IMG/VR virus record: IMGVR_UViG_3300046810_000256
Location: 19,007-83,006 of that record
Reading direction: 5' to 3' (one strand)
Source: a virus
DNA length: 64,000 nt
Below the pieces are notes generated by a model that was not told the DNA's origin, did not search any database, and was given only the letters and a program-made list of their open reading frames with translations. This document shows positions 8,705 through 18,670 of this stretch, piece by piece. Position 1 is the first letter of the stretch. Each line of letters begins with the position of its first letter. A program made the position numbers and the translations under genes.

Positions 8705-10089
8705 CAGTTCGCTGTCTCCGTGACGACTTCCAGGCTCTCTTCAGTCACGTACCGGAAGTGTTCGGGTAAGTCCGCCGTGTCGTCGCCGATCATGTCGACA
8801 GAGATATCAGCAACGCGCTGTGTCAGCGCCGGAATGTTCTTGCGCAGCAGGTCGTAGATGTCTTTCTTAAGCATCTTCGCTTCGCCGCGCTTGGCCCAGT
8901 CAGATTCGCGCCCGTAATTCTCAAGGATCAGCGCTCGCACGGCCTGCATCGTTGCCGCAGAGTCATATGTCGAGGGAACGTAGAGGGTGAGCTTGAGCGG
9001 TACCGCCTTCTCAATCGCGTCCACGAACTTGATGCGGTAGCTGTTATCGGCAGTGGTGATGATCAGCCTGATTTCGCTTTGCAGCGCGCTCGGGGTTACG
9101 CCGTTCTTCAACACGGACACGAACAGCTTGTTCATGTTCTCGACGCTGGCGGGCCGCACCGATTCCTCTTTCAGCTCGTTCCACACGTTGAGGAACGTGA
9201 CAGCGCCAAGCTTTTTGCGCACCAGAAAGTCGAAGTTGGCCCGGTAAACGGCGTTCTCGCTGTAGATGCCCGGAAACGAGCAGATTTCCCGCATGGTCGT
9301 GACGCTCATGGGCGCCTCACCCGCCTGGCTCACGTCAGACAGCACCATGGTCGCCTTCTCCGTGGCATCGGTGTATTCGAAGTAAAACGCCATGCCCACG
9401 CTCGGGCTGATTTCGCCCTCGGTGTCATAGATGGAGATATTGAGCTTTGTGCCTGTGGCTGGCTGTGTCCCGGCCAGACCGGTAACGCCGAACACCAGAC
9501 TGAGCACCTGATTTTCATCGGTCTGAATGTGATAGACCAGATCGCCATCCAGCACGTTGCAGAACTCGGGGGCGTACTCCCAACCGGTCACAGTTACTTC
9601 AGCGATATAGCCAATATCAGGCTCTGCCAGTTCGACAGGATAAAACGGCTGATTCTGCGCCACCGCATGCGTCACGGTTCGCAGCTCCACCTGGCGGGCG
9701 ACGATGGTGCCAGTGCCACCAGCTGCTACTTGGGCGCCGGTCGTAACCCGCCACATACGCCCATTCTGATCGCGCAGCACGCGCCCGCCGAGGATCTTCA
9801 GCAGTTTCGTGCCGCCGTTCGTGACGGTAATGGCGGCGATGCACGGGCGACCGAATGGCAGAACACCCTTTACCGAGGCGTCCGCCAGCACTGTCACGTC
9901 GCGCGCCTTCAGGTAAGTCTCACCCGCTGTTACCTCCACCTGATTGGCCACGTCGGCGAGCATGGCCGCCATGGACGCCAGCCCTTGCGTAATCAGCGGA
10001 TCACCGATCTGGAAGCGCTTGGTCAAGGTCGGGTAATTGGTGATTTCGTCTACGGCGCTCTGTAGGAACTGGTCTTTAGTAATTGCCAC
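8704..10089 (-). CDS. Baseplate wedge protein (P1 BplA / J-like)
   Basis: 461 aa; KARDVTVLADA, AVYRANFDFLVRK; synteny. Confidence 0.7.
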   Translation of the reverse strand: MAITKDQFLQSAVDEITNYPTLTKRFQIGDPLITQGLASMAAMLADVANQVEVTAGETYLKARDVTVLADASVKGVLPFGRPCIAAITVTNGGTKLLKILGGRVLRDQNGRMWRVTTGAQVAAGGTGTIVARQVELRTVTHAVAQNQPFYPVELAEPDIGYIAEVTVTGWEYAPEFCNVLDGDLVYHIQTDENQVLSLVFGVTGLAGTQPATGTKLNISIYDTEGEISPSVGMAFYFEYTDATEKATMVLSDVSQAGEAPMSVTTMREICSFPGIYSENAVYRANFDFLVRKKLGAVTFLNVWNELKEESVRPASVENMNKLFVSVLKNGVTPSALQSEIRLIITTADNSYRIKFVDAIEKAVPLKLTLYVPSTYDSAATMQAVRALILENYGRESDWAKRGEAKMLKKDIYDLLRKNIPALTQRVADISVDMIGDDTADLPEHFRYVTEESLEVVTETAN

Positions 10090-10393
10090 GGGATACCTCT
10101 GACAAGTCGGAAAGGCTCAGCATCTGCCCGGCCACTTCGATATGAACGTTTTTGATCTCGATGCCCTCGGACGTGGCATACAGGTTGATCGTCCCCGGCG
10201 GGAACGCGCCCAACACAGGAATGTCTTTGAGCAGCTTGGCCAGGAACCAATCGGCCAACGGCGAGTTGAGCGGCTTTTGCAGCATTTCCTCGACGGGGTT
10301 GCCGTAGGTGCTGCCGTAGTAGGTGTTCGGCTTGGTCGCCCACCAGTGCGCGATCATGCGAAAAATCAGGTCAGTGTTTAACGTTTCGGCCAT
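10076..10393 (-). CDS. Sheath initiator / W-like baseplate protein (P1 PmgA-like)
   Basis: HWWATKPNTYYGSTYG motif; between tape measure and BplA-like genes. Confidence 0.65.
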   Translation of the reverse strand: MAETLNTDLIFRMIAHWWATKPNTYYGSTYGNPVEEMLQKPLNSPLADWFLAKLLKDIPVLGAFPPGTINLYATSEGIEIKNVHIEVAGQMLSLSDLSEVSRGNY

Positions 10394-10421
10394 GACGGGC
10401 GCGCTCAGAATGCTTTGCGGC

Positions 10422-10462
10422 ATCTTGGCAAAGAAAACCGCCACCTTTCGGCAGCGGTTTGC
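10422..10462 (-). promoter_or_regulatory. Late-promoter motif copy 2, overlapping a terminator hairpin
   Basis: GCAAA-N30-CAAGAT; spacer folds AAACCGCTGCC-GAAA-GGTGGCGGTTT. Confidence 0.7.
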
Positions 10463-10465
10463 GGG

Positions 10466-13063
10466 TTACAACTGCATGCCAATCCCGCCAGCGGAGACGT
10501 GAGCAATGCTCCTATCCTGTACGTTTTGCGATAGCGGCGTTTCAAGGTTCACCGTCGTAGGGCCTTCTTTGCCCCCACCAGATCCCGGCGGTGGCGCTTT
10601 CACCTCGGCCATGCTTGGAATCTTCACTTGGCTGGCGTCTGCCGCTGCTGGCGCATAGCTCGCCACTTTGGGGGCCGCCAGCGTTGCCGGTATCGCGTTG
10701 TTTGCCACGGACACCGGGCGAACCTGTGAGGGGGCCATGATGCCGATTGGCGTAGCGGCCTGGGCCCCGGCAAGGCTTTTGGGTGACGCCACCGCCGCCA
10801 TGGTGCTGGCCACCGCCGTGCCGACTGCCGCGGGCGCCGCTACCTTCATTTCGTCCGCGCGCCGGGTAGGCGTCAGATCGCCCGCCTTGGCTTGCGCCAG
10901 ATAGGTTTCTTCGTACTTCTTCTGCACGTCGGCCAGGCCGTTGGTGCCGCCGTTCGTGAGCTTGCGCGCCTTGACCATGTCCCCGGCCTGAGCCGCCTTG
11001 TCGGCGCCGGAGCTTTTCCAGTGCTGCACCGCGATCTGCGCCGAATACTTCGGATCCGCCGCCAGCTCAGGGTTGTTCACAAGGTCTACGCCCAGCTTCT
11101 TGCCCATTTCCTCATACTGGGCGCGCCCGGTCAGCTGCAACGCCCCACGCCCGCGAAACTTGTAGCCGTCGCCGGGATCCTTGTTCCCCATACGCCCGCC
11201 ATAGACCTTGTTGGCGATAGCCTCGGGGTTGTTGGCGTCGGCGCGGGCTGACTCGGCATCCTTGTAGTATTTGGGGAAAACCTCCTGCAAGCGCTTGGCG
11301 CTGTAGTTCAGGTTCTCTTCTTTCTTCGTGAAACCGCCCGACTCGTGGTCAACGTTGGCCATCAGCATGGCCTTGGATTTAGGGTCTGTAATGCCGCCCG
11401 CGTCCATGGCCTGAATCAGCTGATCCTTGGCGGCGTTGGAACTGCTCGATCCAAACTTCCCGCCCGTTGCCTTGTAGAGCATGTTTGAACCGGCGTCAGC
11501 GACACTGCTCGCCTTGTCGGCCACGTAATCCTTGCCGTCCTGCACCTTGTCCATCACGGTGTCTTTAACGCCCAGCACCGCATCGGTGGCCTTGTTCCAG
11601 GCGTCTTTGATCCACTGTCCAACAGCGGTGAAGGCTTTGGCCTGTACATCAAGGAAGCCCTTGAAGCCATCCGATACAAAGTTGAATGCAGCGGTGGCCG
11701 CTTCAAGTGCGCCATCCTTCAAGCTGTTGAAGGCATCACCGATCTTGCCCGGGATTGCATCCAAGTCCACGGTCGACAGCCACTCGCCGACCAAACCGCC
11801 CAAGGCATCACCGATAATGCCGCCAGCGATGACGCCAGCAGGGCCGCCGAGCATGCCCACGAGGCCACCAACGATGCCGCCGACACCACTGCCGACGTTG
11901 CCCCACTTGTTTTTCTTGTTCTCCTCGGGAGACAGGTTTGGATCGTCATCTGCCATCGCGTCGGACGCGAGCATTGCGCCACCGAACAAGGCGCCGATAA
12001 AGGGGATCTTTTTCAGCAGCCCCTTGCCCAACTTCGCCGCACCGCCACCCATACTTTTCAGCAGCCCCTTAAGGCCGCCGCCTTTCGTTGCGGATGCGGC
12101 TTTGGCTGCGTTTTTTGCGTCTTTCGCAGCCGCCGCGGCAGCTTTCCCCTTGCCATCAATTGGTGAGCCGTCTGCGCTCAAGGCATTACGGGAGTGGGAG
12201 TTGTCCCGCCCTCGCCCACTGCGCCCACCGACATCCCCACCACGAGAAGAGCGACGGGAGCGACGGCCCGGCAGGAGGCTGCTGGCAGCCTTCAATAGCC
12301 GAGAAGCACCCAAGAGCCGCCCCAGCGCTTTGAACGGCGCCAGCACAGCGCCAACGAGCGCCAGCAGCATCCCGAGCATGCCGCCCATCCCACCACGGCC
12401 CTTACCCTTGTTCGCGTCTTCCTGGCCTCGCCAGATGCGGCGCAGCCAGGTGACGTTCTCCCGGTGCTCTTTGGTTTGCTTGGCGTCCTTGTCGCGCCCG
12501 AACAGGCGCCCCAGCGGCTTGAACAGTGACAGGGCTGGCGACAGCAGGCTGCTCACCTCTTTGGCCGCCTGAATAGCCGGGTCAACATTGTCGACGTCGG
12601 CGGTCAGCTTGCTGCTCATGTCCTTGGCTGCGTCGACAATCGAACTGCCGATTGCCTGGGCGGCGCCTGGGCCCATTGATCCGTCTGCGCTGGCGCCCCT
12701 TGCCGAGCTGCTGCCACCCGTGAAGCGTCCGGAAGCGTCTCGTGTTCCCGCCTGGCGCGGTGTGGCCGCCATGCGCTCAGACACAGGACGGCCCGAACTC
12801 CCGCCACCGGAACGCGAAGGCGAACGCGGTGAGGCTGGATCGTTGGCGGCGGCGCTGGTGCTGATCGATGCGCGGCGAGCGCCAGCAGGTTCGGGCTGCA
12901 CTGCCGGACGTCGCTGGCTCAGGCCGCCCAGGTGCTTGACGATAGCGCTGGTGTTGCTCTCGATCTGGCGCAGCAGCTTCAGCTCTTGCGCCAGCTGCTC
13001 AACCTCATCAGCAATACTCTCGCCGCGCAGAAAGCCGGTCGACGAATCATGTTCGATGGCCAT
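10466..13063 (-). CDS. Tape measure protein (P1 Sit-like) with GH19 muramidase/chitinase domain
   Basis: Ala/Gly-rich helical repeats and hydrophobic segments; HESGGF...ENLNYSA...IANKVYGGRMGN...DGYKFRGRGALQLTGR. Confidence 0.85.
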   Translation of the reverse strand: MAIEHDSSTGFLRGESIADEVEQLAQELKLLRQIESNTSAIVKHLGGLSQRRPAVQPEPAGARRASISTSAAANDPASPRSPSRSGGGSSGRPVSERMAATPRQAGTRDASGRFTGGSSSARGASADGSMGPGAAQAIGSSIVDAAKDMSSKLTADVDNVDPAIQAAKEVSSLLSPALSLFKPLGRLFGRDKDAKQTKEHRENVTWLRRIWRGQEDANKGKGRGGMGGMLGMLLALVGAVLAPFKALGRLLGASRLLKAASSLLPGRRSRRSSRGGDVGGRSGRGRDNSHSRNALSADGSPIDGKGKAAAAAAKDAKNAAKAASATKGGGLKGLLKSMGGGAAKLGKGLLKKIPFIGALFGGAMLASDAMADDDPNLSPEENKKNKWGNVGSGVGGIVGGLVGMLGGPAGVIAGGIIGDALGGLVGEWLSTVDLDAIPGKIGDAFNSLKDGALEAATAAFNFVSDGFKGFLDVQAKAFTAVGQWIKDAWNKATDAVLGVKDTVMDKVQDGKDYVADKASSVADAGSNMLYKATGGKFGSSSSNAAKDQLIQAMDAGGITDPKSKAMLMANVDHESGGFTKKEENLNYSAKRLQEVFPKYYKDAESARADANNPEAIANKVYGGRMGNKDPGDGYKFRGRGALQLTGRAQYEEMGKKLGVDLVNNPELAADPKYSAQIAVQHWKSSGADKAAQAGDMVKARKLTNGGTNGLADVQKKYEETYLAQAKAGDLTPTRRADEMKVAAPAAVGTAVASTMAAVASPKSLAGAQAATPIGIMAPSQVRPVSVANNAIPATLAAPKVASYAPAAADASQVKIPSMAEVKAPPPGSGGGKEGPTTVNLETPLSQNVQDRSIAHVSAGGIGMQL

Positions 13064-13066
13064 GGC

Positions 13067-13978
13067 TTACTGCCCACCGAGGACGGAACCAACAACCGAC
13101 AGGACTTTCTTGACGCCGCTGGTAACGGTGGCCATGGCGCCCTTGTCGTCTTCCTTCTCCGGCTCAGGCTGGTAGCCGGGCAGCTCAGTGCGGGCCATGA
13201 ATCGGTTCGCGCTGTCGAGCATTGCGGTGCCCGGATCCATGTTGATACCGCGCTCCATCACCGCCGGTGCGCTGTCGAGCATGGGCGCCTCGATCTTCGC
13301 CTGGCGCAGACGTTCCAGCAGCCTGGCGTTGTACTCAGTCAGTTCATCGTTGATTTTGTATTGCTTCAAGATGTCGTTACTGAGCCCTTCGGCGAAGGCG
13401 TCAGACTCTTTGATCATGTTGTCGACCGAATCCAGCAGCGCGGCGCTTTCCGTTGGGAAGGTGTCGACCGGCGCGAATACGCCCGGCGTCACACTGTCCA
13501 GCATCACCGCATAGCCGCGGTTGTTGTCGTAGTTCGGCGCACGCACCAGATCCATGCCGAAATACCCCTTGGGCACGCGCAGGCCGTTCTCTTCAGGCGC
13601 GTAGATTGCCGAACTGAAGCCATAGGCCTTGCTGTCCCACAGACGCGCGCCAACACGCCCCGGCGCGGTATCAAGAAACTCTTGCTCGTGCTCCACGTCA
13701 CCATTTGGGTAGCACTTGAGGTAGAGCGTGCGGCACGTCGGCTCAAGCACTACAGGCACGTTGTCCACCATGACGGTTTCCGGAACGTCCAGCCCGTATT
13801 TCTCCCGGTACTGGTGGCCGATAAAGCCATAGATGTCACCCTTGCGGATCGACTCCTGAAGCGCCGCACCGTTGAACAAGCGCATGGCGGCATCAATGTC
13901 GATTGCGCGCTTCTGCCCGGTGAAGCTGCGCTTGATGTCGTTCAGGTTGTAGCGGATCACGCCCGTGCGCTTACTCAT
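13067..13978 (-). CDS. Prohead processing protease (P1 Pro-like)
   Basis: YGFIGH, VEHEQEFLDTAPG, GFSSA, FGMDLVRAPNY; follows portal. Confidence 0.75.
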   Translation of the reverse strand: MSKRTGVIRYNLNDIKRSFTGQKRAIDIDAAMRLFNGAALQESIRKGDIYGFIGHQYREKYGLDVPETVMVDNVPVVLEPTCRTLYLKCYPNGDVEHEQEFLDTAPGRVGARLWDSKAYGFSSAIYAPEENGLRVPKGYFGMDLVRAPNYDNNRGYAVMLDSVTPGVFAPVDTFPTESAALLDSVDNMIKESDAFAEGLSNDILKQYKINDELTEYNARLLERLRQAKIEAPMLDSAPAVMERGINMDPGTAMLDSANRFMARTELPGYQPEPEKEDDKGAMATVTSGVKKVLSVVGSVLGGQ

Positions 13979-15596
13979 CTAGATTGTCCTCGTTGTCTTT
14001 GTTGCCGCCAGCGTTCGCGCCTGGTGGTAGATCCATGTCGAAGTCGCCGCCACCGCCTGGCTGTACCGGTGGTTTCGCGTTGGCCAGCCCCTTGGCGAAC
14101 ATTTCCGCGCCCTCTGTGTCCATTTCCGCGACCTTGGCCAGCATGTACACCACGACGTCTTCCGGCAGACCCAGCTCACGCAGCTGCGCAAGGATCTGCA
14201 CGAGAATCGCGGCCTTGTTCATCGCTTTTTCGGAGCTCGACTGTTTCTCGGCCTCAAGCGCCGCGATACCGCCGTAGAAATTGATCGTGTAAGGGCGTTC
14301 GGTGTCCGGCCAGCACTTGCCGTACTTGGCCATCATGTGGCGGTCGATGGTGTCGTTGCAGGTCTTGGTGTAGCTGGTGCGCATCATCCGAGCGCGTTCG
14401 GCGCCCATGGCGCTGGTGCGGTTCGATCCGCCGTCGCCCAGGCCGCCCGACAACTGATCAGCGAAACCCATTTGGGAAATATCGGTACCGAGCGTGCCCG
14501 CCAGCTTCTTGGCGTGAAACATCACGTCTTCAATGCCGAGGTTCTGGCCGTTGGCGCCGGAAGCAATGCTGCTCACTTGGGTCAGCTGCTTGTTGTTGGA
14601 AACCGGAATAACGTTGAAATTACGGGACGTCGAATAAACGCCTTCCTGAATCTGCTTGTGCGCCCGCTCTTTCATGGCGGTGAGCATTTTGGTCAGGTTC
14701 TCGATGGTCTTGGCGCGCTGTTCCTTGGTGGTGTCGGCCAGGTCAATCGTCAGCAGAACCTCTTCGATAGAGCTAGCGATACGCTGCCCCACCAGACCGC
14801 GCAGCGCCGAATACAGGTTGTCAAAGTCCTGCTCAGCGGCCTCCAGCAACGAACCGCCCACCAACCCCGGGAGCGGCATGACATCGCGCAGGTTGACGGC
14901 TTCAAGATTGATCTTCTGCGCGTTCTCAATGATTTTCGTCTGAGGCAGCACCAGCATGCGCGGCATTTTCCAGCGCACGATATCCATGTGGCTGAGCTTG
15001 CTCTGCATCTTCTCGCCCAAGCTCACTACATAACCAACTGTGCGGCCCAGTTCTTCATAGGGCTGCACCAGCGGTGTCCAGAGCGTTTCATGGTCGAACG
15101 CCACAAGCCCTTCGCCCTTGATGGTGTACGCGCGAGCGTAGGAGTCGCCAAACCCGGCAGCGTTGAAACCCATGGAGTGGCAGCTGTCGTTCAGCATCTT
15201 GATGACTGGCGCCAGCTCGTCGACCATCTTCTGATCAGCACGACTGATATGCGGCTTCGCCTCAAGGAAAACGGTTTCCCCGGTGGTTTCGTGCCCGCCA
15301 AGTGCCATCTGGACGTTGTTGCGCAGGGCCGTGGAGATAAGCCCTTCCTGCATCATGAAATGGTATTTCATGTAAATCTGCGAGCGGGTGCGCACCGGCT
15401 TGCCGGAGTTGCCCAGCAACATCTCGACGCCGACATAATCCGCATCGAAGGTGTCCACTTGATCCAGTCGCCGCATCGCGTGCTGATTGGCTTCGCTGGC
15501 GCTCATGTCGGAGAGTTGGCCGCCCATGATCAGGTCACGGGCGCCACCAATGAATCGCGACACCAGCCCTTTTTGGGGTTCAGTTGAATTAGCCAT
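13971..15596 (-). CDS. Portal protein (P1 Prt-like)
   Basis: 541 aa; ALGGHETTGETVF, FGDSYAR, GFADQLSGGLGDGG. Confidence 0.8.
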   Translation of the reverse strand: MANSTEPQKGLVSRFIGGARDLIMGGQLSDMSASEANQHAMRRLDQVDTFDADYVGVEMLLGNSGKPVRTRSQIYMKYHFMMQEGLISTALRNNVQMALGGHETTGETVFLEAKPHISRADQKMVDELAPVIKMLNDSCHSMGFNAAGFGDSYARAYTIKGEGLVAFDHETLWTPLVQPYEELGRTVGYVVSLGEKMQSKLSHMDIVRWKMPRMLVLPQTKIIENAQKINLEAVNLRDVMPLPGLVGGSLLEAAEQDFDNLYSALRGLVGQRIASSIEEVLLTIDLADTTKEQRAKTIENLTKMLTAMKERAHKQIQEGVYSTSRNFNVIPVSNNKQLTQVSSIASGANGQNLGIEDVMFHAKKLAGTLGTDISQMGFADQLSGGLGDGGSNRTSAMGAERARMMRTSYTKTCNDTIDRHMMAKYGKCWPDTERPYTINFYGGIAALEAEKQSSSEKAMNKAAILVQILAQLRELGLPEDVVVYMLAKVAEMDTEGAEMFAKGLANAKPPVQPGGGGDFDMDLPPGANAGGNKDNEDNLDE

Positions 15597-15628
15597 TCAC
15601 GTACACACTGAGGCTTGAATTAACCCCC

Positions 15629-15669
15629 AGCGTACAGGCGCAAAAACGCCTTCCCCGGCGCCGGTTTGC
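15629..15669 (-). promoter_or_regulatory. Late-promoter motif copy 3
   Basis: GCAAA-N30-TACGCT upstream of portal. Confidence 0.7.
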
Positions 15670-15740
15670 GCGTCAATCGGACACAAAAAAGCCCCGGCGC
15701 AATGGCGTCGAGGCTTATCGATTTTGCATTGGTCGGCGGT

Positions 15741-16154
15741 CTATCGGGCGCCCTTGCTGTGCTTCTGCCAAGCCTGTAGCGGTGTGGTCACGCCTTCATG
15801 CGTGGTCAACCACTGGTACCGCTCTTGCTCGCTCAGGTCTTGCCACCATTCCGCCGCTTCATCACCGCCTTCCATGGTCAGGTCAATGATCGTCTCTAAG
15901 GTGGGTTCGCCCGGCTCGCGGTGCTCGTTGTACATTTCAAACAACACTTCCGGCGTCATCGGCTTGCGCGGCAGGTTGTCGACAACCTCATAGGTGTAAC
16001 TGCCTTTCCCGCCCAGCAGTGTGCCATTGCCACGCGCGGAACCAAACTTGATGGCATCGACGGCGTTGTCGATCATGTCGCCGATATCCTTTGTCTCGAT
16101 GGCCTCAATCTCAATAACGATCTTCACCTTGAGGCGTTCTTGTTCCGGGGGCAT
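15741..16154 (-). CDS. Hypothetical protein
   Basis: ORF with GGAG RBS before MPPEQ; followed by terminator-like hairpin near 15685-15717. Confidence 0.65.
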   Translation of the reverse strand: MPPEQERLKVKIVIEIEAIETKDIGDMIDNAVDAIKFGSARGNGTLLGGKGSYTYEVVDNLPRKPMTPEVLFEMYNEHREPGEPTLETIIDLTMEGGDEAAEWWQDLSEQERYQWLTTHEGVTTPLQAWQKHSKGAR

Positions 16155-16207
16155 GGGGCGCTCTCCAATGAGCCACAATAATGCGCCCACCATGCCACCG
16201 GCTGGCT

Positions 16208-16717
16208 TTACTCGTCTAGATCCTCGCTCGCCTCTTCGTCTGGCCGAGGGTTCAGCAGGTATTTGCGGGTGTATGGAAAAATGTTCACGTTGCCGGTGAC
16301 GTCGACAATCTCAAAGTTGACGATCACCCCGCCCCCCATCAGCACTGATACCAGCATGCGCTTACCGGGCTGCACATAACCTTCGGTACCGGGATCCGCC
16401 AGCGGCTCAATAGACGCCTCAAGGATGCCATCCGCGTAATCCATCCGGCTATTGTCGTCGGAGGTGTTACCCAAGGGCGCGGCGTACCCTTGGGAAAAGT
16501 GAATCATCGCCTCGCCCGTCTCAACCCACTCGTAAGCCGTTTCGTCCTCATCGCTCATCACGCCCAGCGGGCCGATGGTTGGATAGCCGTCTGCGGTCGC
16601 GTCGTCGCTGGTACGGGTCACCTTCTTGTCGAAGAGCACGCAGGGGATGGCATTGGGTTCGCGCAGCGTGCGCTGGCGGTTTGCCCGGTTGATTTGAATG
16701 GCCACGTTATGAAGCAT
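16208..16717 (-). CDS. Head-tail connector protein (P1 gp7-like)
   Basis: Synteny with gp25/gp26-like genes; GYPTIGPLGVMSDEDE. Confidence 0.5.
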   Translation of the reverse strand: MLHNVAIQINRANRQRTLREPNAIPCVLFDKKVTRTSDDATADGYPTIGPLGVMSDEDETAYEWVETGEAMIHFSQGYAAPLGNTSDDNSRMDYADGILEASIEPLADPGTEGYVQPGKRMLVSVLMGGGVIVNFEIVDVTGNVNIFPYTRKYLLNPRPDEEASEDLDE

Positions 16718-16726
16718 GTTTTACCC

Positions 16727-17830
16727 CTAAGTCTTTTCTACGGCGCTGAGCGCTGCGGCGATCTGTTTCGCGCTGAAGCCTTGAGCCTTCATGGCCGCGG
16801 TCAGTGCCTGGTGCTGGACGGCTGAAACCTTCCTGTTCACCTTGTCGGGCTTGCTGGCACGTAACTTGTCATTGGCAGCCTTCACCCTGCGCGCTTCCTG
16901 CTGGCGCTGGTACGACGGCTGCGCCTGGCGCTGGGCCTTCTTCTCTTCAGACGTGCGGATCACTGAGCCGCGCTTACCCTTTTTGACGTCCTTCAGGGCC
17001 TGCTCAACGAACTGTTGCTGCTCGGCCACGGTGACCAGCGACTTCTTGTTGCTGAGTGTCCGGCGCCCGCGCTCGATCATCGACTTGGCGTAAAGGTTGA
17101 AGGTCGCCCCGGCGGTGATGGTCGCCATCACACGAATGACGTGCTTGCAGGCGATACCCTTCATTGTCGGGTTTCGGATGCGCGGAAAACCGTCCTCGGG
17201 CCGCCCGTAGTTGAAGTTGCCGATGCTCGCGATATAGCGGTACCAGTAGGTGTGACGGCCACAGTCACAGTCAAACTTCAGTTTGCCCGCCAGCATTCGG
17301 CGCGCAGCCTCAAGCGCGTTGTTGCCGTCGGCCAGCACCATGTCGTAGTCGAGGAACTGCACATAGACGTGGTGCCTGGCCACGTCGGACTTTGCGCTGG
17401 CGTTGGTCTGGATATGCACCACGCCGCCGCTGTTGCTGACGGGAATGATTCGGTGAATCTCGCGGGTGGCGCGCGCCCGGTCGTCTGGCGATGACAGGTT
17501 GATCACTTGCTTGGCCAGGATGCCGCCGCTGGCGCCAGACACCGGCACGTTGCCTTTGCGCTGACCGTGACGGCGCTGAATGTCGTGTACTGCCGCCCGG
17601 AATGCGATCAGGTCGTCAACGGTCAGCGGCCTGAACTCACCGCCGAGTGTGGTGAACAGCCCCCGCTTGTGGTCGTACAGCCCCGCCATGTCGTCGGCGG
17701 ACAGAATCGCGCTCTGATCACCGATCCGCTGCTTGCGGTCAGCCTCAAAGCTTTTGCGCGCCTCGGCACTCAACTTGTTCGCTGCTACCACCAGCGGGTC
17801 GCGGGCGCTCGGCCCCTTCTTGGCAGCCAT
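16727..17830 (-). CDS. P1 gp25-like protein with SWIM-type Zn finger
   Basis: FDCDCGRHTYWYRYIA...PRIRNPTMKGIACKH. Confidence 0.7.
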   Translation of the reverse strand: MAAKKGPSARDPLVVAANKLSAEARKSFEADRKQRIGDQSAILSADDMAGLYDHKRGLFTTLGGEFRPLTVDDLIAFRAAVHDIQRRHGQRKGNVPVSGASGGILAKQVINLSSPDDRARATREIHRIIPVSNSGGVVHIQTNASAKSDVARHHVYVQFLDYDMVLADGNNALEAARRMLAGKLKFDCDCGRHTYWYRYIASIGNFNYGRPEDGFPRIRNPTMKGIACKHVIRVMATITAGATFNLYAKSMIERGRRTLSNKKSLVTVAEQQQFVEQALKDVKKGKRGSVIRTSEEKKAQRQAQPSYQRQQEARRVKAANDKLRASKPDKVNRKVSAVQHQALTAAMKAQGFSAKQIAAALSAVEKT

Positions 17831-18126
17831 CAGCGCACCGACCTTGTAGCGGTAACGATGCCGCATTTCTGCTTGAGGTAGGCCAAGTGCTCTCTGGTAG
17901 GCAGCACCACGTCTTTTTCGATCAGCTCAGAGTCAACCGTCGACAGCCCGGCTGCCGCCATGATCGCCAGCGTCTCAGTGGCGTCACCGTACACGCGCAG
18001 CGCCATCATGGGCAGGTGATAGCGCTCGCTCGGGAAACTGCGCACCACTTGGCGACGGGATGAATACGACGGCTCAGTCAGTGCGAACTTGCGCACCTCC
18101 AGATAAAACCGGGCTTCGGGGATCAT
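17830..18126 (-). CDS. Baseplate protein, tail X/LysM-like (P1 gp26-like)
   Basis: ALRVYGDATETLAIMAAAGL...VVLPT. Confidence 0.65.
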   Translation of the reverse strand: MIPEARFYLEVRKFALTEPSYSSRRQVVRSFPSERYHLPMMALRVYGDATETLAIMAAAGLSTVDSELIEKDVVLPTREHLAYLKQKCGIVTATRSVR

Positions 18127-18563
18127 GGGATTTCAACTGCCTGTGATGCTAACGCTTTGGTTCGATCCTTAGCGCCCACCGCGACCTCAACCCGCTCAGC
18201 GCTATCCCAGCGCAACCGCGCCGTCACAGTCATCAATGCCGAAGTGTCCCCCCAGTCATAGAACGCGCCAGGCTCACTAATAACAACCCCGCTGAGCGTG
18301 TACAAGACAATGCCTTTTGCGCCCGAAACGATCTTCGCCGTGAGCTTCTTCCCGTGGACGGCCTCAAGGAATTTCCACGCGTGCCCGGCTTCCGTTTCAT
18401 ACATGGCGAACGGCCCGCTATTGCTACCCGGCATCGGAATAGGCGCCTTGAAGCAAAGCAAGCCGATATCTTCGAAGCCATCAATAACAATCATCATGTC
18501 CACCGCTACATGCCGAGGCCTGCAATTGCATTTCAATCCAGTCATTACACGGGGCTCCATCAA
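18123..18563 (-). CDS. Divergent paralog of tail tube protein
   Basis: DMMIVIDGFEDIGLLCFKAPIP / GPFAMYETEAG / YDWGDTSALM align with DAVLVIHGHEKIQLLCKQFPWP / GPIALYEVQPG / RDWENDTALL of 54136-54606. Confidence 0.6.
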   Translation of the reverse strand: MMEPRVMTGLKCNCRPRHVAVDMMIVIDGFEDIGLLCFKAPIPMPGSNSGPFAMYETEAGHAWKFLEAVHGKKLTAKIVSGAKGIVLYTLSGVVISEPGAFYDWGDTSALMTVTARLRWDSAERVEVAVGAKDRTKALASQAVEIP

Positions 18564-18573
18564 TTGATGGCGG

Positions 18574-18614
18574 ATTATCGCGGCGCCAGCGCTGGCGCTT
18601 ACGGGGCACTTTGC
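18574..18614 (-). promoter_or_regulatory. Late-promoter motif copy 4
   Basis: GCAAA-N30-GATAAT. Confidence 0.7.
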
Positions 18615-18624
18615 ATGCTCCGGA

Positions 18625-18654
18625 CAAAATAAACCCCGCTCGGGGGCGGGGTTA
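18625..18654 (-). terminator. Intrinsic terminator
   Basis: Minus strand AACCCCGCC-CCCG-AGCGGGGTT then TATTTTGT, after the 18671 gene. Confidence 0.65.
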
Positions 18655-18670
18655 CTGGTTGCTGGTGATT

